Shown here: piece after piece, positions 25,375-40,000 of the stretch
Layout: every line of letters begins with the position of its first letter
Position numbering within the stretch: the stretch's first letter is position 1
Source: Phoronis australis
Taxonomy: Eukaryota; Animalia; Phoronida
Direction: 5' to 3'
Length of the DNA stretch: 64,000 nucleotides
Assembly (NCBI GenBank): GCA_002633005.1
Contig: NMRA01000656.1
Location: 161,031 to 225,030 of the forward strand
Translations under genes and position numbers: made by a program
Notes under the pieces: generated by a model
Seen by the model: the letters and a program-made list of their open reading frames with translations, nothing else
Told to the model about the DNA's origin: nothing
Databases searched by the model: none

Positions 25375-28300
25375 TACCTAGTTGCACAACCCCCCTCCAA
25401 AGTGAAGTAATCGCTAGAGGACGCTACATACAACACAGGTATTCAATCAAGAGGAGGAATCAACTAAAGTAAACCCAACTGTCGCCTACAACAGAAGCAC
25501 TAGTGGGATAGGTAAGGGGAGCTGAGATAGAGTTATGACATTAAACTCACACCAATATACACACACAGTCTAAAATTTCATCAATGGAGCTCTTTCTTTC
25601 TACAAAATACATTGGTTGGAAGAAATGGACATACAGGCGGATGTCCCAGCAGTGAAGCGACTGAATGTCTGTTATTGACCCCCTGTGTCTTGTGGGGGGG
25701 TTTCTAATTAAGGGTATCTTATCATACTGACCCCAGTGAGTTGAATGCAGAACTGAGCCAACAAGGAGATTAGCGAAATTAATGTATATCCCCTCCACCC
25801 ACAGAGGTACTACAACAGCCAATAAAACACACATGACCATAAAATTCATGAATGAAACAAGTCAGGCCAATTCATTGGTTACATAACACAATTGCACCAT
25901 GGGAGTAGGCAGGGGGCATATAGGGTTTGTCAGATTTATAGAGGTTGGATAAACATATGGTTCAGATCAAAATAGTGATAATATTGGGGTTGTTTGTTTG
26001 TACAGCATATAAGCATTCAGTGAGAAATCTGCACAAGGTCTCTGGAATAGCTTCATGATTGCAATAATACCAGGATGAGTGTTGTCAAATTCGATATCAT
26101 ATTGGGTAATGTAAGAGGTACTTGCTCATAATAACTAAGCAATTTTTTTCCATTTTCTAATAATGACACAAAATTCTACCATTATGGATTATAGAACTAG
26201 TTAATACTGCCAGCTGCTTTCTTTTTCACAGACTGTAGCAAAATACTTTCTGTACCCGTCCAAGTTTACACCCATGCTCGGCTTTAAGCACCCATGGCAT
26301 ACTCTAGTACCACCCAGACCCCAAATTATATGATCGAGACTTCCTTAAAATACTGGTGTCTTCGTGAATGCCTATTTCATCGACACTCTAGCTTCCACAA
26401 AATACGCAACTAGCTCACGTTTGAGCAATGATCAGTTAGCATCAGCCGTTTCTGTGACATGATATGCCAAATGTGGACATTTTCTAGGGTCCTGCATAAC
26501 CTTAAGCGGCCATGTTTAGCATAACCTCCACCCACTGATTTTTGACTTCTCAATTTAAGAGCCTGGTTGTCAACTCCTATGAGAAGGATAATACGAATGC
26601 CACAATATCACAGATACAAGTCAATGAAGCACACCTTTCTCAACATTTTTTGTTGAGAAATTCGACACTTCTCCAGGTTGAGTTACTAACCACAGAATCC
26701 TTACCAATACTCATAACATTCGCGGCACAGCGCATGATTCCATTCAGGATTCAAAAGGAAACATGGAGGTGAGGGTACACGGCTTTTATTTGGTAACTCC
26801 TTAGCAACGTGCTCACGTCATGATTTTGCTCAGTATGGAGTCGCATAAGGTCTGTAAGATCTGAGGTGAGCCTGTGCAATTTCCGGTAGTGACCTTTCAG
26901 AAATTAGGGAAGATGACATTAAAACTTTAAAACCCAGAATTGTAGCAAAAATTACCACCTCGATGCTAAAAAGTCCTATTCAGCAAAGCTCGCCCAAGTG
27001 TCTGTACATTGCTTTTAAACTGTTTGATAAACATTCCTCGAGGCTAAAATGCTTTGATACTCATTTGGAATGTGACAAGAAAGTTGTGTTTATTGCATCA
27101 CCGGGTAGCTCATAGTCATTTTACTCTACAGCAGAAAAATCACGATTAGTAGTCAAACGAGCTATAGCTTTGCTTCGTATTAAAACCTCTAGTATACCAC
27201 ACACTGAAATTGTAACCTGCACAAGGAGGGTCACAACTGCTCTCATCAAATCAAGTTAAAAAAGTCATTCAGTTTCTCCTCAACTCTTAATGCCACGTTC
27301 CTTTTTGAGTGGTTCCTGGTTGGCAAAAAACAAGCTGACCAACTGAAACATGGTTCATATTAGTGCCAATATCTGACCATGTCTTGAGAACCAGTCTAAT
27401 TGGTTTTGATAAGAAGAGGCTGTGTTACCATATAAGCCAATGACAAGACTCAGCTCAATTATTCAGGTTGTGAGTAGGCTGAACTGAAGCCGGCTTTTTT
27501 CTATGTCTAAAAAATGGGTCTGCCCTACCCAATTGAGCAGTTTCTGACAGACTGTGATAACCTATTGGAAAAACCTTTGGAGTACATTTCAAACTTCACC
27601 CATGACAAGAGGTAACTGTTTCCACTGAATTTCATGAAAAAATGGTTACATAAAAATGGCTATTTTTGCTTTCACGAAACCAGCAAATTCAAACAGAATT
27701 TCTCATGAACATTTAATAATCTCACTAGAAGTTCAAGCACAACCCACATTACAAAAATTGCAAGAATGCATTTTTGGTTACGTCCACACATCACGAGTTC
27801 GGCACTGAAAAGAAAACTACTAATAGTGAGATTTTAAGCCTTGGGTCCAACAACTTTATATTTACTGTAACAGTCTATCAATAAAAGCTGTGAATAACCA
27901 GAACAGTCCATGCACTGATAAGAACAGGTATCGACTAATTAAAGCAAGGCGACTGATGCCATGCTTGGGTAGGTAGAGAAACAGAGATGCCCCAGGGATT
28001 CTTTATGACATGCAGATGCCACTCTACATGGGATTCCCTCCCAGGGATATTGACCCAGTGCCTGGACAAAATAGATGTGAAATTCATGGCTTAAACCAAC
28101 AGACAAGGATAAACCCTCAGGAGATTACCAGAAGATTAGCTGTCACAATGGACCCCCCTGGGGAACAGTCAAAATGTAGATTGTTTAGGTGATTACAATA
28201 CAGCACCAATGGAGTTTGAAATTGACTTGGAGGTGTAAAAGTAAACAGTTTTGACAGTGGAATCACAAATGTTAGTCTATCTAATACAAACAAGGGAAAC

Positions 28301-31300
28301 ACTGACACTTGTGGATCCTACAGATACAGACTCTAGCAGAAACAATCACCCAGAGTATTATGGATAGTGCCCAGATTATAATGTATAGTGTTTTCACAAG
28401 CTTGAAACATAGTGACCTTTCCTTGTACCTTTCCTATTGACTCTAAAGTGCCTCTTTCACCAGGCCCACAGTTCAAAACAGTCATCAAGATTAGTTAACT
28501 GAAAACATTCTCTCAGGGCACATTTTTATTCATTAATTTGAGACTAATGCCTCACAGTCAATTGTAGTGGTCACTTCTGGCAGATACCCCAAGAATTCTG
28601 ACCTCTGTAAAACCTTTAGTTTACTGGCAATTTGAGATTGAATGGAAACAACTACACAATACACACATTGCTCTCATCAGCTCAACACAGACATCTCAGA
28701 CAATCACTTGAATAGACAAGCATGACTTCTGCCAACATAGAAGATTACTAGGTAGGAGAAAGTGAGAAGAAAAATACATTAAGCAAATAAAGCAAATATC
28801 TGTAGAGATAAAATCCAGTGTATCAATGGAGGTGACATATTTCTAATACTCAATCATCAAAAGAATTCTGTGAACACAAAGGGATTCCAAGATTTCCTTA
28901 ACAAGATTGTCCTGAATGATTTCTTAATCATTCACAACATTATAGCATTTAACTGGTTGGGTGAGATGAGGCTAACCAAGAGCAGAGTCCTCTGGCCCCT
29001 CCTTAAAGTGGCATTTGCATACTCCTAACCATGTCAAGGGAGTACAACAGTAACTGGGCAGTGAAATGACATTCCGGTGATAATAATGCGTATCTGAAAT
29101 CATCTCAATGATGGATTTGAACCCACGACCTCAATACTAAAAATATGTTCTTCGGCCCCAAAACTCATTGTGTCACCTTAATGCCAATACATGTCACGCT
29201 TAACATCAGGAATGACACCTAAATATAATTCTTTGGTACGAAGATGAAAAATGCGAAAATATGACCTTTGTACTTATGACTGGAAAAAGAAAGACGTTAT
29301 CTCCAATCAAGGTTTAACTTCTGTGACGAACTCCAGGAAACAAAGGCAATCTCCACAAAACATCAGCGACTTTGTAACAAACCAGGGCCCAGAGGCGAAT
29401 CTTTGGACTCAAAAACGAACTGAATTATTATTATTGACATTTTCTGATCTGGTTTACGGGAACTCAGTGTAAGTGTTTGTTATTCTGTGCACAAGCACAA
29501 CTTGACTTACAGTGATGACTGTCGAATCCTAGGTTGCACTTGATGACCCAAGCATTAAAGTTATAGTTTAGAGTCGGTTCGAGTTTTTACCTCAGTTTGT
29601 ACCTTGAATCTAGAATCATCAAGTGCAAACTCGGACTAGACACTCAGAGTGTGAGGTAACAGACCTTTGTAGTGACATCACAAAGTGAAGTGTACAATTT
29701 TGCCACACTCAAATTGTTTCCAAATAAGCTAGGGGAAATAGGTGCCAATATCACTATACGAAAGCTTGTTTGAGTACTAAAAAAACCTGCCCTAAACATG
29801 GGCAAACATAAAACCACAATTTCACTTTTTTCATAGCCTCCCCATAGATTGTATCACAAAATCCACTCCAAAGTACTTACAGGTCCTACACTCAATGTTC
29901 ACATTAAACAATCCAGTCAAGTGGCTAAACAGTGACATTTTTCTATTGACTATAATTTTAATTTCACAGACAGCGCACTCGAATCTATGCCCAGCTTTTG
30001 TTTGACACCATGACGAGTACAAGACTGAGGTAACTCACTGAAATTTGAATTACATGACAACAGCCTGTTACAGACAGTTGCAGAGTGCTCTAAATAGAAC
30101 TCTGTCAGACTTGACTAGTACTACACAGCAGTAGAACCAAATATAACCCTGCCAAATCTATTTTAGTTAGGATTTCTGGAACAGGTCCTCTAATGTTGGT
30201 GAAATCGATTAAAAATAGCACTATTGAGGTAAAACAGGGGGCTGAGATCATTAGGCCATGTGAGTGTTTAAATTCTCAAGGCTGGTGAGACACATTGTAC
30301 AAATGAGCAGTCAGCTAAACAACATATTCTTCAAACTGGAATGAATCAAATTAACAGTGGGTAATCTTCCACTTGTTATGGTCCAAGAACTAAATGCGGG
30401 TGTAGTATGGACTGCTAACTCGTACTTTTAAATAATCAAAGCAACTATTTACACCACAAAATATGAATCAAAACGATGGTTTTGAAAGAAGTTGGTGCAT
30501 GGGGCTATGGCAAAAATTCAGAATCATTGCACTAGCCACGTTGAGCTATACTCGACTTTCTGTAAAAATTATCTCACGCCGTGCAGAAAGACTGGAAACA
30601 AAAAAGTAATTGCTTATAGCCAAAACGTGTGTCTGGTTTCAACTCAATTACTTCACTTCAGAAGACAGTTGGTCCAAATCAGTTCCAACAATCTAAAAAT
30701 GGGGAGTTCATTGAAAACACCAATATGTATCCAATGACAACCATCCATAACTGAACCCTTTAAACAAACCAACACAACTTCTAAAAAAATGGATTCCAAC
30801 ACCAAGGAATAAAAAGGTTGTCATTATTCCGTTGGTAGCTATGGCACAGATATTAAAAAATGACATAGTATCTATTTGGTGTTGGTTATCTTTTATGAAA
30901 AAACGAAAGATAAAATATCAGGTGTCGGCCACATTATGTAATAAATTAGTGAGATTTCAAGGCAGCACAGTAAAGAACAAATTGAGACCAGCTACATAAG
31001 GGTAAGTGGCCTAAATCGAAACGTTCTTAAAAGATTGCGAGTTTCTAGCAACTTTAGGGATGACGATCATCAAATCTGTGATTCACCATCTGCTACTAAA
31101 CTAAGGGAGAGGTTTGTTCTTGATTTGAGGATCTATACTTCTGTTTTCAATGATTTGTGCGAGATAGTTCAGAACAGATCCGGGATCGTTTTAGAAAAAC
31201 GTGGCTACAGGTCAACTGACCCAAAAGGGTGCGACATAAATGGGTTAGTTTGAAGGATTAATTACAGTGAGCCAATGACGTTGGGTGCACTCTTAAAGCT

Positions 31301-32082
31301 ACCCCTAGATATGCAGTTTTACCATAAATGTACATATTTAAAGCAATGTGCAATTTGAAATGAATTGTTTCAAAAGATATACAGAATTTAATGGTGCGTT
31401 TCGCAGCTGATTCCCCCACAAGCCTAACACCTTTGCAGAGTTCTTCCACCAAGTCTTTCAACTTAACCATTAACTAATAAATTAATCCTCAGCTGAAGAG
31501 CATTGCACAGACCTGGTTCCTTGTGAGAAAAGCAAGATCTACCAAAACCAAGCAATATCATGCAAGTGAAAAGCGAGGGTTTTGTGAGTATGCTCGGGAT
31601 CTTAACATCCTATCCTAGCAAAATGGCGGTCACTGAAGTGATGACTCAACAAGGTTGGAGTGTTGAATTGTGGGATTGTTTTCTCCATTTTGATTCTACA
31701 AGCTACATTTTTTCCCTCAAGTGCAAGATAATGTCTTACAAAACAATGCACTGAAATCTTTTTTTAACAGAACACCAGGCTCACTCACACCTCACACCCA
31801 ATAAAACTTGCACTCTTCGTTTTATTGCAGTAATGTTTTGTATGCAGGCACATGTGCCTAAAGTCAGATATAGACACGGCTGCATGTACAGGCACATGGG
31901 CCTAAATGTGCACACAAACGGTACTGTAAGTAATTTCCCAGAATCCTTCACAGATTCATGGCATCCGTTTGTTATTGCAATTCTTCACTTATTTAGCAGA
32001 CCAAATGGAGGACAGTGAAAATTTGTTTTGCTCAATTTCTCAAAAAAAATAAAATTTGAGGAACATTTTAGTTACGATAATA

Positions 32083-32685
32083 GACCTAATTCATGCCGAC
32101 AGGAGGCAGGTTCCAAAACGAGGCTCGCTACGATAGCACTGTTGGCTTATCGGCTCAGTTGTTTTCCGCGTGGCTCGAATGGCCATAGAGAATATACGGA
32201 GACACAACTGTCTGTTTTACAATCCCTAAGGATGTTTCGGAAGTGTTAGGTCGTTGCCATATGCCGCGACGAAGGAAAATATTTCCGTGTAAAATTCATA
32301 AATGTTTTCGGAAAGTTAAATCATATTTTGTCGAATCTCGGTTGCCGAGCATCATAGCAACGACCGGTGAAACTTCGGGCAGCCAGGCTGTGTTTTCATG
32401 ACTACGGGTCAAAACATGATGCATTTTTCTTTCCAAATGAACAGAGCCCTCAATCCCTCGATTTTGGGAGCGAATATCGGCCCTATTCCTCTCTCAAAAA
32501 TATTGAAAAATCTCGCGAAATTTTGAAAAAGCACAAATTGCTACTTGATACAGCTCTTATGAGAGCTTGCAACATGGCGGGGGGTGCTAATGAAGGTGAT
32601 CGTGAGGTAGATTTTCCCCGCACTCGACGAAAAAAATCCTCCAGTCAGAAGGCACAGGCACCTTTTCCCTAGGATGAATGAGGCC
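32083..32685. mobile_element. Probable non-autonomous DNA transposon (CpG-richer island with short imperfect TIRs)
   Basis: GACCTAATTCAT vs ATGAATGAGGCC (2 mismatches). Composition shifts relative to the flanks and the segment contains CAACATGGCGG. Confidence 0.35.
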
Positions 32686-33979
32686 CCTGAAGAAACATGA
32701 TAACTATGCTTGCTGTCAAGTTAACAGAAATTGAGCTCTAAAACGAGGTTATGCTTTGGACGGACAAACTAGTTGCTTTAATTTTAAAATTCAACTTGGT
32801 CCAGATTGATATTTGAAACCTAACACATGAAATAGATGTAAGAATTATTAAAACCAAGAAAGCAAAATTGATGGTCAAATAATTTTTATTTTTAATCATG
32901 AACCTGGTTTTTTATTTTAATAAAACTATATTTAATAACATCAATCATTCTTGTAAATCAATGACAAATCAACTGTAAGTCCCGGTAGTCCCTACTTAAC
33001 TACCAGGACCTAGGCTATGCTTGATATAAATATTATTGATCAACAAATTAAACCACATGTGACTTGCACGTGACAGCAAAATGTGATGAGCCACCACTGT
33101 CAAATATATCTTCAACTCGTCAAAAGTACGAGCAGATGACCTGGTTCGTGTAGAAAGCATATTCATCAACAATTTACAAGAAGACACAGCATAATTCCTA
33201 ATGCGTCATACGATTGCCGCAATTTGGTCATATTTGCTTTTCATGTTTCGAACCTAGTTTTCCGAAAGAATTATTCGTAGACAACTCTTTGGTGCATTGA
33301 CTTGTTCTCTAATGCCTTTTTTTACGTCTCTGTGGTTAATTATCGAGACATATTTTAAGATTTAATACCCAGATTGGACTCGAAAGACCAGCCATTTAAC
33401 TCATGCAATGTCAACTTCCGCTTTGTATTTTAATGTCTGCCGCGTGAATTAGTTCTACAATAGTCTTGGTCTCTAATGTGTAGATGCCACACAACACATT
33501 GTGAAGTTACCAAAAATAGAGAAATTACAACTCTGTGAATCATTTTTGTGCGAAATAAGAGAAGAATTGACCTATCGCGAACTCCGCCCCCTTGCGGAAA
33601 GTCGACAAACAAACAATAAGTTTTACCCGACAATGTATTGTTCGTCGGGTAAAATGGCAGCTTGGAAACGAAGGTGTGTCAAAAATGCTGTGTTCTGATT
33701 GGTCAGTTAAGCTGTCACTCAAAATCCTGGCGATAGGTCAATAAGTGTACAGGAGGACTTAGTATTAAATAAGAGGTACCACTGAAGAAATACCATATTT
33801 TCATCATCTGAAAGGTGATCATCGCCACGGAGGATGTCATGTGGTGTCTCACATCACTTGAACATATATATTTCTACAGGTAAGAAAGTCGTTTCGCTAG
33901 CACCTCGTAGTGAATTTCAAGTTTAGAGGTTTCTCTCTGAACTGAATTCTTCAGTCAAACAACACTAGGCTGACTGGAG

Positions 33980-34043
33980 GAGAGAGAGAGAGAGTGCGTG
34001 TGCGTGTGTGTGTGCGTGCGTGTGTGTGTGTGTGTGTGTGTGT
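33980..34043. repeat. Compound (GA)n(TG/CG)n microsatellite
   Basis: Directly visible dinucleotide runs. Confidence 0.95.
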
Positions 34044-37000
34044 TAATTGGACCAGCTGATGGCTAATAACACATACCACTCCTGACTAGTCATTAACAGT
34101 AATTAAACTCAGTATGAGAATGTCCAACTTTATTATTTTAACATGTTGCCATGGCGATGCATGCTGGCCCATTTACTAAGATCACTGCAGTAGTCAGTTT
34201 GGGGAACACCATAATGCCTGAATTGGAAAAATTGTTAAATCAAACTGTTTACTTGTCAGATGTGCAATAGCTACTCCAGTGATGAGTAACAGTCCATATT
34301 TTCAAGACAACACTACCAACCAGCGCACACCTTTTATCATTTTGTTCTCAATTAAATACGACAGATCTGCCTGTTTTTCAGAACCCAAACAAACTGACCT
34401 CCACAAATCCAAGGTACACAAGTTAACTTCATCTCTAGAATTTTAAATTTTTATTCCTCATTACATTTACCAACCTGCGCATTAAACTCATCAAAAATTC
34501 ATTTAATTCCAGTTCAGTCAACCTCTTTTACATTAGGTTTTCTAAAACATCAATGAGTTTTGTCGAAATGCGTCTTTCTTCGCCAAAGTTGAGGTAAAAT
34601 AAAGACAGAAATCAAATTTACAAAAGAATATCATAGGAAATTCAACCACGTTTTGCTAAATAACTTCGCTGATTTTCGACAAGACTAGGATTTGATGAAC
34701 AACTTTTTTGAAAAGTGCTGTACTTCACCATTAAGAAAGTGTTAGGTTTTTAGTTTTAAAGCTAAGTTTGATACATAAAAACAAAAAAAAACTTCACGGA
34801 ATCTAAAAAGGGGCAACAGTCAATTGTCTTCAAAATAAGAAATACGATTCTACATACACCTGTAAGCCTGTGCAAACAGTCTTATCACAAAAAACATAAA
34901 GTGCTTTTTAGGCACATAAAGCCACAAAGATAAAAACATAAATCACGCCAAGCCCACCAACATAAAAACCAAGAGAATCTGCAAAGATTAACCACAAAAT
35001 CTACCAACAAAAATGACCACAACATTCCTGTGTCAAATATTTCGCATTACTATATAAGCTGGCAGACACAAACGGTTCCTAATTTAAAATCTAATTTGTG
35101 CTTTTGGCATTGTCAGGATGTCTAATTATGTTGACTCTGATATTAAATGTCCTTAAAAAAATGCTCGGCATACAAAACTGCTCTTAAAAATTTGCCTGTT
35201 ATTGAAAAGTTCTTCTAAAACGGAGAACAATGAATATATCCATGGGCAATACCATAGATTCCACGAAGCACAGATTTTCAATATTCTGAAGAAACAACAT
35301 CATCAGTGCATGAAAAAATATGCCAAAAGGAAACGGGTGAATTCTTGTCTCACTACAAGAAACCTTCAAACACTTCCTGACTTTTAAACGCATTAATTCC
35401 AGGTCAAGTTCAAATAACATGCCCAGACCTATCAATCAGATGGAAGCAACCAGCCTTCGAGTCATTAACAGGATTTCCACTGTGTAGGAGGCTTCAGGTA
35501 AAACTAATACAGGCAAAGTTTTGGTTGTGCCAAGTCAACTCCTTGATCAAACGTTATTGAAAATTTCAGTGTAGCCAGTAAAGCAAGATGGTCCTACCCT
35601 AATTTAGAATTTGCCTCCAGGGCCTGAGCTCCACTACCAGGTTATCAATTACACTGGATCACACCAGTATTTTTCTTTGTTTATTTTGAGACAGTTAGTA
35701 GGGTCAACATTGGATAGTTGGCAAGGTCTTCCACATTCATACTCATTGAAGGACAGAACAAAAGGGGATTTTCAAAAGTGGCCGTGAGTAGCCAAACACT
35801 TTGAATTTCAAAACGTGACAAAGCAAAATTTTTGGACGGTAAAATTCTTCAGTTTGGGAGATCATACGACATACAAATGGAATTTATTTTATTTTGCCAA
35901 AACTCTCAGCAAAGGTAACTTTTCCAGAAATTAATAAACATTTTTAGGATCAAACTACAGCACACGTCGAAAGTTTCAGACAAAATTACCCGGAATTCCC
36001 CCCATCGTGACGGCTAGGCAGAAGCCAAATTCATTGTCAAAGTGGTTTTCCCTTGTAAACCAGAACGTAGTGGAGTTAACAGGAAAGTTAATAAGGTGGG
36101 TATGCCTTTGTGTAATAATAATTTTGTCCCCATAGCAGTTATCACCAGTCACTTTGCTGAATTTGTCATCACAACTTGGTAGTAACATTTCATCTGATTT
36201 CTTTTGTCTTCTACGTAGTAAACATAGGTTAAATCTTGTAGCATTTTTGCAGTGATGTTGAGTACACTTCTGAAAATTTAATAAATGTCTGTTTTAACAA
36301 TCATTTTTGTTCCAAAAAGAATTTTTATCGCAACTTAAAAAAGATAATGACCTATTCTTTTTTAATTAGCACACACACAACAACTGAAGGATGCGAAAGT
36401 TCAATTAAGTTGAAAAAGTGATCAAGAAAACAGTAATACGACAAAGTCCATAAACAAAATTTCACTGAGGTGTTTCAAATCCTTCAAATTAAAGCAAGAA
36501 TGTCAAGTGTAAAATAATACGCAGATGTACAACCCTGTGAATCAGGTTAGCACAAAAGCAAAATCATTATTTTAGCAAAAAAATTCTTAAATTTAAGAAA
36601 CAAAATATAATTTTCTGTTTTATTCATAAAGCAATGCTTCCAATTTTGAGTTTTGCACCATAGTAAGAAAAATGCACCTAAAGACTCCATGGTGTACCAA
36701 ATGACCCCAAATGTTAGGGATTGCAAATTGCTTACGTCTAATGTTTTGAAATATTTTGTACATCGATAATCATATTAAAACCTCTTGAAAACTGAAAAAT
36801 GGGCAATTTAGGGAATTCAGGGATACATTTCTATTCGAAATCCATGAGCTTCTTCGTGCTGGAAGAAAAGCAACCCATCACAATATATCTGAAGAGTTTG
36901 TTTTATTGAACATCACAAGTGAGTCTGTGAACATGATTTGAAAAACAACCTTGAGGAAAGGTCGTTCAATCATGACACCTTATCACTGACACTACGCAAA

Positions 37001-40000
37001 TTAGGAACTGCAAAACAAAGGTAATAAGCGGATCGCACTATGGTTATCAACCCTGAAGTTCGTGGTGGTAATTAACTCCATAGAAAAAATCCTTGATCTG
37101 TTATCTTATTTCTGAGAACTTGAACTTATGATGAGACAAACACAGCAATAGGAAGGCAGTATAGTTACAGTAAAACATGTTCACAGACACTTCTAACTGC
37201 AAAAAGACTGGGCAAATCCAGACTTTCGTTTGCAAGCAATACACCAATTATATGCAGAATAACTAATTTGGATTATGAACCAGAGACACCATATTAGCAA
37301 CAACAAACACAATCGTTTAAACACGTATGTTTTTATCTGGAATTCAGCTTGATTTTTTTTTAATACATGGAACATTAACACTCCACATGTTTACAATACA
37401 CTACGAACCCCCCTCCCCCCAATGGGGTTAACTCACAGACTACATCAGCTTAGGGTTTACTATGTAGCAAACTCCTGAGTTTCTCGGGTTTAAATTTGGC
37501 AACTTAATACTTGACATCATCCACGCTGTATGAGTAGCCCTAAATAGTCGGAGAGGGGAGAAGGGACAGTCATTCAAAGAGTCCCAAAGTTTATTGACCA
37601 AAATATTTCAAGAGCTGAATGTACATATATGGCAAGGAGTTGTGCCCCATGTCCATAAGAAATTACCAGGGCCTGAGGTCTAATCTTTCTCTACTCTAAA
37701 CTTGCCTCGAAAATTGATGAATTGCATGGCAGGCTTCAAGTAAACGTACAAATAACGCAGCATAATTGGTTAAGTTTTCTTGTCTGAGTAGACTCCAAGT
37801 TCGGATATCAGTTCCTGTGCCTCGTGTAACTTTCATTAAATGCATTAATAACATGCAAGTGAAAACAGGTCAGACGTCGTGATTCGCCAGTTATGCATAG
37901 CAATATAACGCAAAGACCAACGTGCCTTCTTACCAAACTCATCAGAAGATGACACAATGGAAAATCTCGCCAATTTAAGGAAGACTTTGAACAACAAGTG
38001 TGTTCACATTTTTTCATAAACCATCACATAGTGTCAACGTAACTTTACCATTTTAAGTTACGGACAACAGCTACGATCAGACAATATTTGAGAAATTGTA
38101 GCATTCACAACAATGGTCGAAGCCCTTGATAAATGAAAAAGAGCAATTCTAGCAATTATTCTAGCGCAAAATTTGTTAGATTTTACAGTAGTCTCACTGA
38201 ATGCATCCCAAAGAACAACACCATACTCTGAAGGTTTCCCAAGAGACCCATTTATCTGTTAGTTAACAGGTCATGAATTTCATTCAATATTTTTTCAATT
38301 TTGTTTACATTAAAATCTTACCAGTTGAGTCATGCATGCACGGTCATTCAACTTAGCAGCAGCGCGAGCAGAGACTCTTTTTTTCAAGCAATCATTGCTA
38401 AGCTGAATCACGCTAACATTTGAAAGACCTTCATTTCAATCTGGCATGGATCCAGATCGAATATTCAGACGACCACATTCTACTAAAGTATTCTGTCATT
38501 CATAGACCCTAGTCCATAAATGCATCCTATATGTTAAACATTTACGAGTCTCTCATGCATTCAAGGGTCATGCATCCACAATGTCAGTGAAACAACTTCA
38601 AAATGTTTAACTCAGAACGATGCTCTGTTGTACAAAACCCAACCTGCACAGGATTCTTTAAAAGGGGTCAGATAAAGGATTTTAAAAAGGGGGTCCAAGT
38701 CAACTATTTGAAAATTCTAGACTTGACGTCACAAAAATCAAGGGAAAAAGGGGGGGTCTGGAACCCCTTGACCCCCCCTACCCACCAGATCCGCTTATGC
38801 TGTAGAGTATTTGATTTCATGACAGTCCTCAGGACTGTGGAATTAAATCATCTGTATCAAGCATTTGAGGAATGAGGACGGTGCTGTCCTGAAAAAAAAT
38901 GTCTCCGAAGTTGACATGAATAAAAAGTCAAATGGCTAATTTGTCGTTTTCGCCCTGGTCCCGCAAGTGACAGATTATCCAAGGTGTGTAGAGGGGTCCT
39001 CCTCAATGAATCCGCCTAAGGGTCAGTGGCATCCCTTGGGTGGTATAGATTCTCGTCACCCACGTGGAAAACAACAGTGCCCAGACTCTTATAAAAGCAA
39101 AAATTTTTGAAGGACAGGTATGTTTAGCTACACAACTAGCCCCCGTCACAACCAATTAAACTCCAACGTCACCCACATTTTATCTGTCGGTTGACACAAC
39201 AGAAAATTGAAACTCAACTGGAATTACAAAATTCATGTACTAGGTATTTGAACAATCACACTGTGGGGAGTTTTTATGTATTAAGTTTTGGAATAAATAC
39301 ATTGAAATGGTGTACCAAAAATCCAGTTTGCTTAAGAAATTACTAATCTTCCAATACTTCAAACTCGTTGCATAGATTTTCAAACTCGACGCAAGTAAGC
39401 CAAATTTGACGCAGTAATGAATCACAACAGGTTGTGGAGAACACCGTGACACTGACTTTGTCCCCAAACCAGTTATTGCAAATATCAGTCTTAGTTTCAC
39501 AATCATCACCAATGATTCTATCCACCTCATTGTTCAGAGTTACAATGGTGCTCCCCTCTGGCCATGACCAAAGAGGCATTGGAATACCATTTTTAGGGCT
39601 ATCATGAAGGTTTGCACTTAGAAAATTGCGGTAGCCATATTGACAACTTAGTTAAACCAGAAGTGTCATTCGTTCCTCATTTAAACTTTGTTACTAATTT
39701 TAACTCTTCGATCCCCCTATGCCAGATGACCGCATATGGATTTTGCTATCTATTGTTTAACTTGCGAGATGGGCGTAAGCACGTCGCATGGTTATTGCCT
39801 ATGGGACACTACCATTGTTTTCCTTTGTTGCGTCTTTGTTGGATATAACATGATACAAGTCGCATGAATTTCGTACCTTGGGCTCACATGTGGTTACCAT
39901 TATCTTTATTATAAAGAAAAACAAAATGAACAATGGATACGCCTATCCACCGATATCTATGCGACAAGCTTGCGACCTAGTTTCCCGTCGGCGAAGCTCG

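Noticed and set aside
29113-29132. Isolated B-box-like AGGTCGTGGGTTCAAATCC on the minus strand
   Set aside because: No A box or cloverleaf; at most an old SINE fragment.
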